Source: Octopus vulgaris (Eukaryota). From it: a DNA stretch of 64,000 nucleotides. How positions within the stretch are numbered: the first letter of the stretch is position 1; every line of letters begins with the position of its first letter. The notes beneath the pieces were generated by a model that saw only the letters and a program-made list of their open reading frames with translations, made no database searches and was not told the DNA's origin. The translations under genes were made by a program, and so were the position numbers. The stretch is from assembly GCA_951406725.2 (NCBI GenBank), contig OX597826.1, positions 76,446,001 to 76,510,000 of the forward strand. The letters are read 5' to 3'. Shown here one piece after another: positions 16,769 through 30,222 of this stretch.

Positions 16769-17240
16769 CATACAGAAAGGTATGCAGGAATACACAAAGA
16801 TATGCATACGCAAACACACACACATGAACATACGTGGAAATGCATACGCGCACACATACATGGATACACGTCTACTTATATAAACACTTCCACCGGCAAA
16901 CGTATACACAGTAACAGAGCCACGCTCATACTTACACACAGACAGACGTTCATATAGGTAAACACACGCACGCACGCAGGCACACACTCATAAAAACACA
17001 TAATCACACAAACACACACATAAAAAGGTGCACACACGCTCAGAAACACACACATACACGAATACACAAACTCACAACAGCATATAGCATACACACACAC
17101 ACAGATATTCACATATACTCATAGCCACATAGATACACTCATGCGCGCACACACACATACACATACACATGACTGTTTAAATATTTTCTAGTTTTGCAAC
17201 ACAAGCATTGCTTGCATGTGTGTGTGTATGTTTGTGTGTG

Positions 17241-17311
17241 CGACATTAGGTGTGTGTGTGTGTGTGTGTGCAACATTAGGTGTGAGTGTGCGTGTGTGTG
17301 TGTGTGTTTGT

Positions 17312-17347
<36 letters not shown>

Positions 17348-17664
17348 CATTAGGTGTGAGTGTGCGTGTGTGTGTGTGTGTATTTGTGTGTGTGTGTGTA
17401 TGTGTGTGTGCGACATTAGGTGTGAGTGTGCGTGTGTGTGTGTGTTTGTGTGTGTGTGTATGTGTGTGAGTGTGCGTGTGTGTGTGTATGTGCGTGCGTG
17501 TGTGTATGTGCGCGACATTAGGTGTGTGTGTGTGTGCAACATTAGGTGTGAGTGTGCGTGTGTGTGTGTGTGTGTGTGTGCAACATTAGGTGTGAGTGTG
17601 CGTGTGTGTGTGTGTGTTTGTGTGTGTGTGTATGTGTGTGTGCGACATTAGGTGTGAGTGTGCG

Positions 17665-17695
<31 letters not shown>

Positions 17696-17870
17696 ATGTG
17701 TGTGTGTGCGACATTAGGTGTGAGTGTGCGTGTGTGTGTGTGTGTTTGTGTGTGTGTGTATGTGTGTGTGCGACATTAGGTGTGAGTGTGCGTGTGTGTG
17801 TGTATGTGCGTGTGTGTGCGACATTAGGTGTGCGTGTATGTGTGTGTGCGACATTAGGTGTGAGCGTGCG
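17241..17870. repeat. Minisatellite of 12 C(G/A)ACATTAGG anchors separated by variable (TG)n
   Basis: Anchors at 17241, 17271, 17345, 17411, 17513, 17537, 17581, 17643, 17709, 17771, 17819 and 17849. Confidence 0.9.
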
Positions 17871-18281
17871 TGCGTGAGTGTGTGTGTGTGTGTTTGTGTG
17901 TGTGTCTGTATTGTTAGCGTTGTTTAGCCATAGGCAAGTCTTAATCAGGCAGACCTATGATCATAGATTTTCCAGCCACGACCATCATGTACCCCAGCAC
18001 TACATATCAATGTGCCTTCCATTCTTTTCTTTTAAAAGATTAGGCTGTTATTTCTAGCAGCTCCGTTTACAACGTACAGGCACTTTTGTTGATTCGCTTG
18101 TGCGTGTGTATGCAGTTGATGTATGCTTGCATGTGTGTGTGTGCGCGTGTGTGTATGTGAGTGCGTACATGAGTGTGTGTGTACATGTGTGTATTCTACT
18201 ACGCGTTTGTGTGTGTATACGAGTAATATGTGAGCACAGGTGTGAATGTATGCCAGGTAGTTTCAATTCATCTTCACCGCG

Positions 18282-18733
18282 TACCTACCTACCTACCTAC
18301 CTACCTACCTACCTATCTACCTACCTACCTACCTACCTACCTACCTATCTACCTACCTACCTACCTACCTACCTACCTACCTACCTACCTACCTACCTAC
18401 CTACCTACCTATCTACCAACCTATCTACCTACCTACCTACCTACCTACCTACCTACCTACCTACCTATCTATCTACCTACCTACCTACCTACCTACCTAC
18501 CTACCTACCTACCTACCTACCTGCCTACCTGCCTGCCTGCCTACCTACCTACCTACCTACCTACCTACCTACCTACCTACCTACCTACCTACCTACCTAC
18601 CTATCTACCTACCTACCTACATACCTACCTACCTACCTACCTACCTATCTATCTACCTACCTACCTACCTACCTACCTACCTACCTACCTACCTACCTAC
18701 CTACCTACCTACCTACCTACCTAACTACCTACA
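18282..18733. repeat. (CCTA)n microsatellite, ~450 bp
   Basis: Directly visible; source of the YLPT ORFs. Confidence 0.97.
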
Positions 18734-18764
18734 TAGATACACACATGCATATATATATTCTTTT

Positions 18765-18830
18765 CTTTTTTCTCTTATTCTCTTATATGTTTCAGTCCAA
18801 TGACAGTGGCCATGCTGGAGCACCGCCATT
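18765..18830 (-). mobile_element. SINE family B 3' tail fragment
   Basis: gtttcagtccaatgacagtggccatgctggagcaccgcc. Confidence 0.7.
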
Positions 18831-18961
18831 ATGATCATCTTTCTACTTTCCACCTTTGTCGGAGTGGCTTTTGGTGAAGGATGGAGTTCAATATATATGG
18901 CGATTTAATAAGAGTTTTGACTGTTATTTCGAGCAGGTTGACATACCTAGTATGTCCTTTG

Positions 18962-19001
<40 letters not shown>

Positions 19002-19073
19002 CGTCCAATAATACTTTATTTGTTCCACGTCCTCGCGTTGTTGTGTTTTTTTTGTGTTTTCTTGTTTGGATTA

Positions 19074-19123
<50 letters not shown>

Positions 19124-19166
19124 GAACTCCATCTTTCATTTCATGCACACACACACACGCACAAAT

Positions 19167-19251
<85 letters not shown>

Positions 19252-19340
19252 CACATATGCTCAATATATGCGTTTTGCTTGTTCGCCTGTTCACTGTGCT
19301 GACTAAAGGACTAATAGTGACGCATAGCCATGCTTTTCTA

Positions 19341-19378
<38 letters not shown>

Positions 19379-19979
19379 AGATCTCCTCCATTAGGCAGCT
19401 CCTTAAACGATTTCCCATCTGGTCACTTATATTGCTTATTTGCTGGGATCAATTTTTGTCATGACTTTTGCGTGTCTCTGGTGTTATGTCTGCCTCACCG
19501 CAGACCCTGATGATCCGTTCGTCTGTCTTGTCCCATTATATGAAGAAGAATTATTAATAGAGCGATGCTGCAAACCTCTGGATCGCAGACGGACAATTCC
19601 ATTAGGATCAGAGCACTAACCTAAAAAGCAGAAAGGAATTGGCAACTTGGAAATCCATTTCCCCAACTCTAAGCTGCAAAATATGTAGTCCAGCGTTTCC
19701 GCCTCCCAAACGATCAATTAAATGATAAACCAGCCTGTTATACGGTAGAATTACGATCTACAAAGTGCAAACATCCCAGGCTGGGCTGCTAAGTTTATAC
19801 AGAGGCAGTGTGGGGTGTAGGGGTCACTTCCACTTTTCTTTATAATGAACAGAAATATTGTAAAGTTGGTTTACATGAATTGTATATACTTTGTATTATA
19901 TACACACACACATATGCATTCATGCATCCACACTAACATATGTGTGTGTGTGTATGTATGTATGTATCTCTCTCTCTCT

Positions 19980-20017
<38 letters not shown>

Positions 20018-20280
20018 CAATACGGAGCAAATAATTCACGAAAAAGTAATTTGCGAAGATATCATTGACTCTGTTACTATCTAGTGTAACAATTTAAAAA
20101 TGATAATAACAGAATCAATAATATAGGGGATTACTGGCTCCCAAAAAGCATTGAATAGCTGAAGGATTAAAATTAATCAAAGGATATACGAAGTATGTCT
20201 ACTTGCTGGAAATAACAGTCAAAACGCTTATCTAAATCGACAAAATACAGTGATTATAACCACAGAAATCTACCTAATTA

Positions 20281-20318
<38 letters not shown>

Positions 20319-20672
20319 TTAACAATTAAATGTGAAATCACGGGTGATACAGAACTAAATTCATTTTTTAAATGTCTTGCTTTGAAGAACTGCATTAGGT
20401 ATGATTAGTGTAATTTTGGTAGTAATGACCTATGTCCCTCTTAGTGTGAGGCATTTATGTGTAATAATGCCCTCTATACAATATATATATATATATATAT
20501 ATATAAGAGGGATGTATATGTAATATAATTTTTCTAAATCTTCACATTTTTCAATATGCTAGGCCACTGGTTTTAAATTGATATTAATCAAATTTAATAT
20601 TCAATTTTACATCCTTATTATTTTCAATTTATATTTATGTATGAAGTACATTATGAATATATTCTTTTTTAT

Positions 20673-20795
20673 TGTAGGCACAAGGCTTGAAATTTGTGGG
20701 GAATCAGAATGGTCCGTTTCCTCAACCCCAATACTGAATTGCTGCTTATTTTACCAATCCCCAAAAGGATGACAGGCAAAGTCGAACTCGGTGGC
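20673..20795 (-). mobile_element. SINE family C fragment, diverged
   Basis: ggcacaaggc...aaaggatgacaggcaaagtcgaactcgg is the reverse complement of the 33389 element's core and tail. Confidence 0.65.
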
Positions 20796-21954
20796 CCGGC
20801 CGTGGCACTGCATTGAAGAATTTTAGTCAAACGAATCGCTCCCAGTACTTATTCATTTAAAGCCTGGTACTTGTATCGTTCTCTGTGGCCGAATAGCTAG
20901 GTTACAAGAACGTAAACATACCAAGACCGGTTGTCAAGCTGTGGTGGGGATAAGCACAGACACACCCTAACCCAAATTCATAAAAATATAAAATAAACGC
21001 ACAGTATATGGATTTAACTAATCCAGTGTAACCCACAAAAAGTCTCCTTTAGTGGATCAGGTTTCAAACCACTTAGAAGACCAAAGCAAAGCGGTGTAAT
21101 GTGTAGTCCTATGCAGCTGAGATCTAGCAAATCCTGATTATCTCATCAGGAGTATATAAAATATTAAGAAAGAGAGGAGGTACGAGATGAATATATTCAT
21201 TTCATCAGTTGATATCCATATGATTACGATCGTTTCGCAGCCATTATCATAGAAAAATAATTTATTTTAATGCATAATAAATTATTTTAAATGTCTGTGT
21301 TAGTGTATATGTTATGAATTATATTGTACTGGTGTACAATTTATAAGGTTATTCAAGTACAGAATGCTTGCTCTTCAAATCAAAGAATACCATGGTTACG
21401 TCATTCATCAACTCAATATTTACATACAAAAATTGGAAGACATCTCTGAATACAATTTATGTATGGAAGATAATACAATAATTAATAAATAATAAAACAA
21501 TTTTTTTTTTATAGGAGGGTGGAGGGAGATTTAGTAAGATATTAGAAAGTAAACTGCGGGTTGTAGTGGCGGAAGAAAAGATCTTATATTACGTGATATA
21601 TAGAGAGGGTCATGAGAGAGGATTTTGTAGATATTGTCTTTATGAAATACTAGCATTATGATCTGCCGTTGCGTACAATATATTTTTATATGATGTTTAT
21701 ATATTTATATATTACTATATATTTCTAAACATCGGGCTTTATGTATGTTCTGTAGATATAAATGAATATATGAATATATGTATGTGTTTGATCTTTGTGT
21801 GGATTTTATAGTGCTCTTGTAGTTGCTGCTCGCATTGCCTCCCCTCGGGTTAAAAAGTGTATACAGCTCATTTGAGCACAAATATTCCAGTCTGTTATAT
21901 ATTTTGAGCGTTGTTGTCACTAACGATCTCAAGATATAACTTTATATATTGTAG

Positions 21955-22048
<94 letters not shown>

Positions 22049-22079
22049 TACATCCATATACATACAATAGAGAGATAAT

Positions 22080-22296
22080 TTTGTTTCACTTTTAACACGT
22101 AATACTGAAATAGGGGAGAAAATATGATATTGCTGTGGGTTGGCTCTAGGCAAAAAGTTAAATTTTTTTGTTGATGATACTACCCGGCCCCTACGTAAGG
22201 CATGTGTAAAATTTGAATGAAATTGGTTGTGTAGTTCTCAAGTTTTAGGGAAACACACAGACAGACAGACACACATTCTCAGTTTTATATATATAG
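22080..22296 (+). mobile_element. Helitron/HINE-like non-autonomous element 3' end
   Basis: catgtgtaaaatttgaatgaaattggttgtgtagtt...(acag)n acacacattctcagttttatatatatag resembles, from memory, Lep1/HINE-type ends. Confidence 0.5.
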
Positions 22297-22660
22297 GGAT
22301 AGGGATTAATATCAATGAGAAATAAAAATGAACGTGAAATTTTAGAATGAGAAAAAGGAAGACATAGCAATATAGGTTAGTATGGCCTACGGGAGGACAT
22401 TGAACTTAATAAGGTAAACAAATAGGAAAAATAATGGGATGCATTATGGATGCATTAGTCAAAAATAATGGGGTGCATTATGTGGTGTATTAATCAAGAT
22501 AGTGTTTAGAAATATGTAATAAATAGTATAAGAGAGCTAGATAAATACTAAAGGATGTACTTAGATAATTTATAATTATCGTTAGTATCGAAAATAGAGT
22601 TAAGATTTAAAACATCACTCTACCTCTAAGTGGTCGAACAGGTGTAACCATGATATTCTT

Positions 22661-22824
22661 TGATCTGAAGAGCAAGCCTTCTTTGTCTGTATTACCTTAT
22701 TCATTGTAAAGCAGTACTATATGATTTATAACTCATACGCTAATACAGGCATATAAAATAATTGATTATATACTGAAATAATTATTTTTCTATGATGATT
22801 TTGACTACGAAACGATCGTAATCA
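22661..22824 (+). ncRNA. Type I hammerhead-like motif with ~137-nt stem II region
   Basis: tgat-CTGAAGA (22665-22671) ... GAAAC-gatc-GTA (22809-22820)-atca. The inverted copy at 21221-21382 has TTGAAGA. Confidence 0.55.
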
Positions 22825-24141
22825 TGTGGATATCAAATAAATATATTCGTCTCAGTTCTCCCCTTTTTCTTTATACACTCACACACGCAAACACACATAC
22901 ACACACACATGCACACATGGACACATACTCAAACCCGCGCGCTCGCATAGACACAGACACACACACACACACACATACTTATTAGGAGCGTCTTTCAGTT
23001 TCCATCTACCAAATCCACTCACAGGATTTTGGTTCATTTGAATCTCCAATAGAAGACACTTGCTCAAGGTGAACGCGGTAGGAGTGAACCAGGAACTATG
23101 TGGTTGGGAAGCGAACTTCTCAGCACACAGCACCATCATGGGGGAAATCCATTGCCTTGATCGATCTGCATGGCAGAAGAGGCATCTCATGATGCATTCG
23201 AAAAGAATTTCAATAGAAGAAACAGAAAAAAATAAAAGCATCATATCCTGCAATCAACAGACACATTTGTCCAATCCTAGCAAAAACAAAATCCTCGATG
23301 TCCCCAGAGTGACTCCATAGCCAAATCCATTCCTGGACCCAAATTACTTTCACGCAGCCATGCCAAAGAGATGCACCTTCTTTTATTTATTTCCAAAGTT
23401 ACTTTTTCGTTGTCTCACATTTTTTTCTTTCTCTCTCCCTCTCTCTCTTTTTCTTTAAAACACTTTCTTCAAGCACTCATCCATCGAAATCAAATGGGAG
23501 TGGCCGCCATATATACATTCATCAACACGTCCAATCATACAAGTAAGATCTACCTACATGGAGTTTGGGTGAGAATAGGTAACAGCTTGTGTTGTTGTTT
23601 ATGTGTGTGATATATGCTATGTAAATCTCAGAGTTTTATATGTCATGTAAGTCAAATAAAGAATTCGTAACAACGCACCACCACCACCTCCACCAAAACT
23701 ACTACTGCTAGTAGCAGTAGTAGTAGTTGTTGTTGTTGTTGTTGTCGTTGTTGTTGTCGTTGTTGTTGTAAATATTGAGTGTCATTTCCCTTACAGCTGT
23801 TGTCATTGATGCTGTATGTGTTTTTAAATGACAGACATTTTAAATATTTGAAAATTCTTTGTATTTAACATATCAAAATACAAAAATACAGTCACTCATT
23901 CTTTACATAAGCGCACGTTCGCATACACAACGATAGAGATACAGATATGCACATGTATGCATACGCATTTATGTATATATAAATATGTATAGACACAGGT
24001 ATATAGATATATACGTGCAAACCGCACACACATACACATATATATGCATATAAGTATGTATATATTCATATATATATGTGTATATATATATACACACACA
24101 CACATATATATATGTATATATACATATATATACGTATATAT

Positions 24142-24172
<31 letters not shown>

Positions 24173-24336
24173 AACTAAAACGTAAATATATATATATACA
24201 TACATATAAGTATGTATATATACACATATATAGTATATATACATATATTTTCAATATATATATATACGTATATATTTTCAATATATATATATATACGTAT
24301 ATATTGTGTGGTGTATTGATATATATTTATATAACT

Positions 24337-24516
24337 TGTGTGTGTGTATTGATATATATTTATATAAGCATATATATGTATATATATACATATTTGAAAA
24401 TTGTATATACACATATATTGTAAAAACTAATTTTACAATATATGTGTATATACAATTTTCAAATATGTATATATACATATATATGCTTATATAAATATAT
24501 ATCAATACACACACAC
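24337..24516. repeat. Near-perfect inverted repeat of low-complexity DNA (~87-bp arms, loop actaa)
   Basis: 24337-24425 versus 24431-24516. Confidence 0.85.
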
Positions 24517-25152
24517 ACACAAACATACTATATTTCATTTACTATTTATGATTTAATTGAACGCCGCACATCCATTCCCAAGTAAGTTTATCTTCACCTT
24601 TTTGATGCGACTCTCTTCTCTATACTGTTTTCCTTCACCCTTCTCTAATTCCCTTTTCCTCCCCTCCCTCCTACACCGCCTTCTATCTGTCTCTTTATCC
24701 CTTTTTCTCTTTTTTCTCTCTCTCTCCCGTTGTTCTCAGGTGACCATCGTCCATCTTTCTTTTCCTGCGCGGATATTCAAAAGAGCGGAGTTTTTTTCTC
24801 TCCCTTCTCTCTTTTCTCTTTTCAAAAAATGTTTCTCACAGCGTTCACTATTTCCCTCTTGCTCTGGTCTTTGGTTCGTTTTCCTTATATTTCTCCACTG
24901 TCATGTTTATCGTTCTTAAATTTGGCCCTCCATAAATCCTAAATTTGATTTCAGAATTTATGGGAGTAACTGTCTTTGATGACTCATATTGTCGCTGTAT
25001 GCACGAAATGAGTAGATAGACATCAGACAACTGATGAAGAGTCCATTCCTTGTGTTTACTTGTCCTGTTCCTGTTTTCCATTTTTTCTCGTTGTTTACAT
25101 ATTTCATGCTGTTTGAACCGTTGATAACGTCGAGTACCCATATATGCATATA

Positions 25153-25243
<91 letters not shown>

Positions 25244-25245
25244 GT

Positions 25246-25322
<77 letters not shown>

Positions 25323-25363
25323 CGCATGTATATATATATATATATATATATGCATGCATGTAA

Positions 25364-25413
<50 letters not shown>

Positions 25414-26014
25414 ACTATATATTATTTACTATTTATATGTATATATTATATATACATATATTTGTATATATACATGTGTATAGAGAGTTTTTGAAGTGAT
25501 GTACAGATATTGTATATTTAGAATAAGGTAGTTAGAATGTTGGATGATATATATATATATATATATATATTCTTATTTATTTACAGCTTATACTTTTAGC
25601 GTTTTCTTTCGTTATCGGGTTTATCAAAAATGGTCTAAAGTTAGATTTCTTGGCCATTTTATATATAAAGAATTTTCTGGGGTTTGCCAAGCAAGGGAGA
25701 AGAAGGTAAAAAAAAAAATTTTGAGAAGGAGCGGGAGGTAAAAAGGGAAGGTAAGAATTGGTCAAGGTTTTAATTAAAAAAAAACAAATGTTGTTTTTGA
25801 CTTTCTACAGTAAAAATTTTAATTGCATTTCCAGGACTTGGTCTTTTGTGTTCATAAAGAATAGTAGTATGGATGTAGTTATCTTTTTCTGATTGAAAAT
25901 TCTAGATGTTTTCGAAAGAGTAATTTTTGTGTTCACTATACATTCACAGTGCAATTTTATATATATATGCATACCTATACATATATACATACACACATAC
26001 GCACACACACATAT

Positions 26015-26068
<54 letters not shown>

Positions 26069-26075
<7 letters not shown>

Positions 26076-26453
26076 TAAAAAATGGAGTTAACGCAGGTTT
26101 AAACAAGTATTTTTACTTTCTACATATGTTTCAAAAATTCCACTGATACTTATTCAAAAGAATAAAAGGTATAAACAATGCAATCTTCTCTTCGGGAAAG
26201 TGAAAAAACGAAACTTGTCAATACGACAAAAAATGATGGATTCGTATAGCGATAGACAGAACGCTATTAATACTTGTTTAAACCTGCGTTAACTCCATTT
26301 TTTTTTTCATATTATTCAAATATTCAACGTAAACACGAAGTTTCAACCTTTATAAACAAGGAGTTACAACATCTTTACTTGTGAGATTTTTGCTGCCCTG
26401 GTAACTATTCATTCTTTTATCCGTGTTAATTGTTAACAAGGTAAAATACACTC

Positions 26454-26460
<7 letters not shown>
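26069..26460. mobile_element. PLE pseudo-LTR fold-back remnant in (TA)n
   Basis: Arms 26069-26111 and 26269-26312, hammerhead-like motif in the spacer, one-sided tail to 26460, (TA)n flanks. Confidence 0.7.
26115..26201 (-). ncRNA. Type I hammerhead-like motif with one core substitution
   Basis: ACTTTC-CCGAAGA-gaagatt...aattttt-GAAAC-atat-GTA-GAAAGT: 6-bp stem I, palindromic ACATATGT, core U4>C. Confidence 0.6.
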
Positions 26461-26493
<33 letters not shown>

Positions 26494-26654
26494 ACACACT
26501 TACATATACATACATATATAATATATACACATGCATATATACATACATATATATATATATATATGTATACACACACACACACACACACACTCATGGATAT
26601 CTATACATATACATGTTCATGTTTGTGCACAGATACACACACCACACGTACATA

Positions 26655-27067
26655 TACTCTTTACTCTTTTACTCTTTTACTTGTTTCAGTCATTTGACTG
26701 CAGCCATGCTGGAGCACCGCCTTTAGTCGAGCAAATCGACCCCGGGACTTATTCTTTGTAAGCCCAGTACTTATTCTATCAGTCTCTTTTCCCGAACCGC
26801 TAAGTGACGGGGACGTAAACACACCAGCATCGGTTGTCAAGGAATGCTAGCGGAACAAACACACACACACAAACACACACACACATATATATATACATAT
26901 ATACGACAGGCTTCTCTCAGTTTCCGTCTACCAAATCCACTCACAAGGCATTGGTCGGCCCGGGGCTATAGCAGAAGACACTTGTCCAAGATGCCACGCA
27001 GTGGGACTGAACCCAGAACCATGTGGTTGTTTAGCAAGCTACTTACCACACAGCAACTCCTGCGCCT
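26655..27067 (-). mobile_element. SINE family B, full length, young
   Basis: Near-identical to 38399-38814 and 56481-56897; tandem (tactcttt)n tail. Confidence 0.93.
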
Positions 27068-27089
27068 ATGTATATGTACACACGATTTT

Positions 27090-28075
27090 ATTTTCAAATA
27101 ATTAATTAACATGATTAAAGATTCGTCTCTGTGGTTAAATAAATTTGGAATGTTTTGGTCATTTTAGCCACAACTCTTGACTTTTGACCCAGTATTTGTC
27201 CTTCAGACTGCAAAAAGGAATTTTTAAAGGAAAAGCAATACACAATGCTATCACGATTATATTTCCAAATTCATCTATTTCTGGCTGGTTGTTGTGTTTT
27301 GAATATATTTCAAAGCTCCAACCTAGAATTTTCTAAAGGAGAAATATAGCCAAGTATAGAAGAGGGAAAGCAGGTGCTCTTATAGAATTTCGGATTCTGG
27401 AATGTTTTACAAGGTCCAACAACAATGTGGTAAAAATGTTTTAGCAATGGTTTGAGAATATCTGTAACATATATACAATTAAATTCTTATAGAATTCTCA
27501 AAGGTGGAATTTCAAAAAAATGTATAGTTACGTCAATTTTTGTTGAGAACCTTTTTTGTGAAATAAAGTTCCGTTATCTTTCGGAACTTTGACTTTTCCT
27601 TCACATATTTCCAAACGTCTCCTCTTTTCAAGCGTTTAACAATGCAGCTACACTTCTTTATGTAATGTAGTTCCATTGTTTTACGAAAGTCTGGGCCGTT
27701 CCTTGAGCTTCTGTAGAAGGGGAAGATTCTGAATCTATCTTCTCCACATTTTTCCAAATGTTTGCTCAATCGAATTTTCAGTAGTTCTTCTTGTAGGATG
27801 TGCTGTTTGTGGATTCTTGCGCATTGGCAAAGGGAATTATTGGTTTCGCCAATATAATTCTCCTTGCATTTGGGGCAAGTTGCGCAGTTTATGAGGTTTT
27901 TTGCGTCTTGCAGTTGATATTTGTATTTACTTTGAATAAGAATCCGCTCTTAAATTTTATGTAGGTGTCTCCGTTTATGTTCCTGCATATTTCGCATTTG
28001 CTGTCTCCACATTCCTTTGCTTTTGTAACTTGTTTTTAAAGGTTTTTTCTTGGCTTTTACTATATCACATGTAGC
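27090..28075 (-). mobile_element. Penelope-like element fragment with GIY-YIG endonuclease pseudogene
   Basis: Minus strand 28020-27650 reads KECGDSKCEIC...NINCK, frameshift, then KNLINCATCPKCKENYIGETNNSL....RIHKQHI...SKHLEKC...F.IFPFY. Confidence 0.85.
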
Positions 28076-28109
28076 TTTTGTCTATCAATTTTATCATTTT
28101 GGGGCTCTC

Positions 28110-28147
<38 letters not shown>

Positions 28148-28211
28148 CTAAACACAAAGTGACAACAAAGTCAAGGCTGTATGGAATTTTCAGGACATTT
28201 ATAAAGAGAAG

Positions 28212-28259
28212 GTCTTACAGCTGTTTCTGGGATATTAGGGATTTCCCTTCATCAGAGAC
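28212..28259 (-). ncRNA. Minimal type I hammerhead ribozyme motif in a PLE pseudo-LTR fragment
   Basis: GTCT-CTGATGA-A-GGGA-(11 nt)-TCCC-A-GAAAC-AGCT-GTA-AGAC: intact core, 4-bp stems I and II, palindromic ACAGCTGT. Confidence 0.72.
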
Positions 28260-28449
28260 GATGTGAGACGGCGAAATAGAGGGAAATAGTAGAGATCAAT
28301 ATAAGGAGTTATTTTGGAAAAAGATAGAATTAAGAAGTATAAAAAGGGAATATATATATATATATAAATGGTGGGGAGGGGATGTATATTTGTGTCTACG
28401 TTTGACCCCCCCATCACCACCACCACCACCACCACCACCACCACCAGTG

Positions 28450-28620
28450 TTTGAGAATCAGTATTGGTGTGTTTACGAACCCGTAGTTTAGCGGTTCGGA
28501 CAAAGATACCGATAGAATAATTGCCAACTTACCAAACAAATAACTACTGGAGTCGATTCGTTGGACTAGAATTCCTCAAAGCTCTGTCCCAGCATGGCCG
28601 CGTCTAATGGATGAATAAAA
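28450..28620 (+). mobile_element. SINE family B 3' half, diverged
   Basis: ggtgtgtttacg...tagcggttcgg...ccgatagaataa...ccagcatggccgc. Confidence 0.75.
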
Positions 28621-29100
28621 ATTGTAAAAGGTGCGATTGTATATATTTCGGTAAGCGTACCTTCGATGGAACTGCTTCTTTCTATTTCGAAATACGTGTA
28701 AATATATTTGTAGATTTATATGGATAGAGCTGTATTTACACACCCCTACCACACACATGTATATATATGTACATATATCTATATGGATGTATGTATGTGT
28801 TTATGTACAGCATATATGTATGTATAATATACATATATGTATATATATATATGCATATATACCTATATATATATGTATACGAATGCATATGTGTATATAT
28901 ATATATGAATGTATATGCATTTATATATGTATGTACGTGTGTATATATATATATGTTTACGTATGTATGTATGAATATATACATATATATGTATATGTAT
29001 ATGTATACGTATATATATATATACATATATATATATATACACACACACTCACATGCATATATGTATATATACGTATGTGTATGTATAAGCATGTGTATAT

Positions 29101-29148
<48 letters not shown>

Positions 29149-29803
29149 AGTGAATGGATATGTCTGTGGTTGTTTATTATTTATATATTTGTCATGTATA
29201 TAATACGTGATATATGTGTATGCCTGCGTTTTGTATGTGTGTATGTGGATGTTTGTGCGGTTGTGTGTGTGTGTGTGTGTGTGTGTGTAAGGACATTGAT
29301 AAAGATTTTAAATGCGAAATGAAGCAATAATGAATGATTCTCTCTCCATATCTATACAGAGCGAGCGAGGGAAACTCATAGACAGAATATTCAATAACAT
29401 GCGCGCACGCACACACACACACACACGCACGCACGCACGCTCACTCACTCACTCACTCACTCACACACACATTCACAAACGCACACATAAACACATTCAT
29501 ATACAACGCGCACGCACGTACACTTGCTTACGCTCGCACACACACACAGAGGTGCGTGAGTGTGTCCACTTGATGTATACGTATATTTGGAACAGTATTG
29601 TTCTATGTGATACGGTGTATTCGTTTATACATACATATATAATATTCATGGATCTATATGCATGGATATATATATACATACAAACATACACACCTACATA
29701 TATTTAGATATATATATATATATATATATGTATGTATACACATACATACATATAGATCCATGAATATTATATATGTATATATATATATATACGAATACTC
29801 TAT

Positions 29804-29845
<42 letters not shown>

Positions 29846-29883
29846 GTGTGTTTAATTATACATATATTTACAGATATCTCAAA

Positions 29884-29956
<73 letters not shown>

Positions 29957-30171
29957 TATATAAATGGAACAAAAAGGTAATCGTGGGCATTAAAACATTC
30001 CGACATACATATACATACATATATCTAATCACATAAATGCGTATATTTATAAATAAATATATACATACACCTACACACACATATAATTACATAAATATAA
30101 TATTCTGTACTAAGATCTTAGTCAATGTGATCAGATATATAAATATATATTATACATAATACATATATATG

Positions 30172-30222
<51 letters not shown>

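Larger units (their letters stand above)
20965..22880 (-). mobile_element. Truncated Penelope-like element with inverted pseudo-LTRs
   Basis: 21150-21399 is a diverged reverse complement of 22644-22880, and each arm carries a hammerhead-like motif. Weak LC..E C-terminal remnant near 21870. Confidence 0.7.
20798..23132 (-). mobile_element. Old SINE family B split by a PLE insertion (halves ~20798-20963 and ~22985-23132)
   Basis: The 3' and 5' halves are collinear on either side of the insert, which sits in the SINE's internal CA tract. Confidence 0.7.

Noticed and set aside
25560-25940. Possible PLE C-terminal remnant on the minus strand
   Set aside because: Motifs are too degenerate to support a call.
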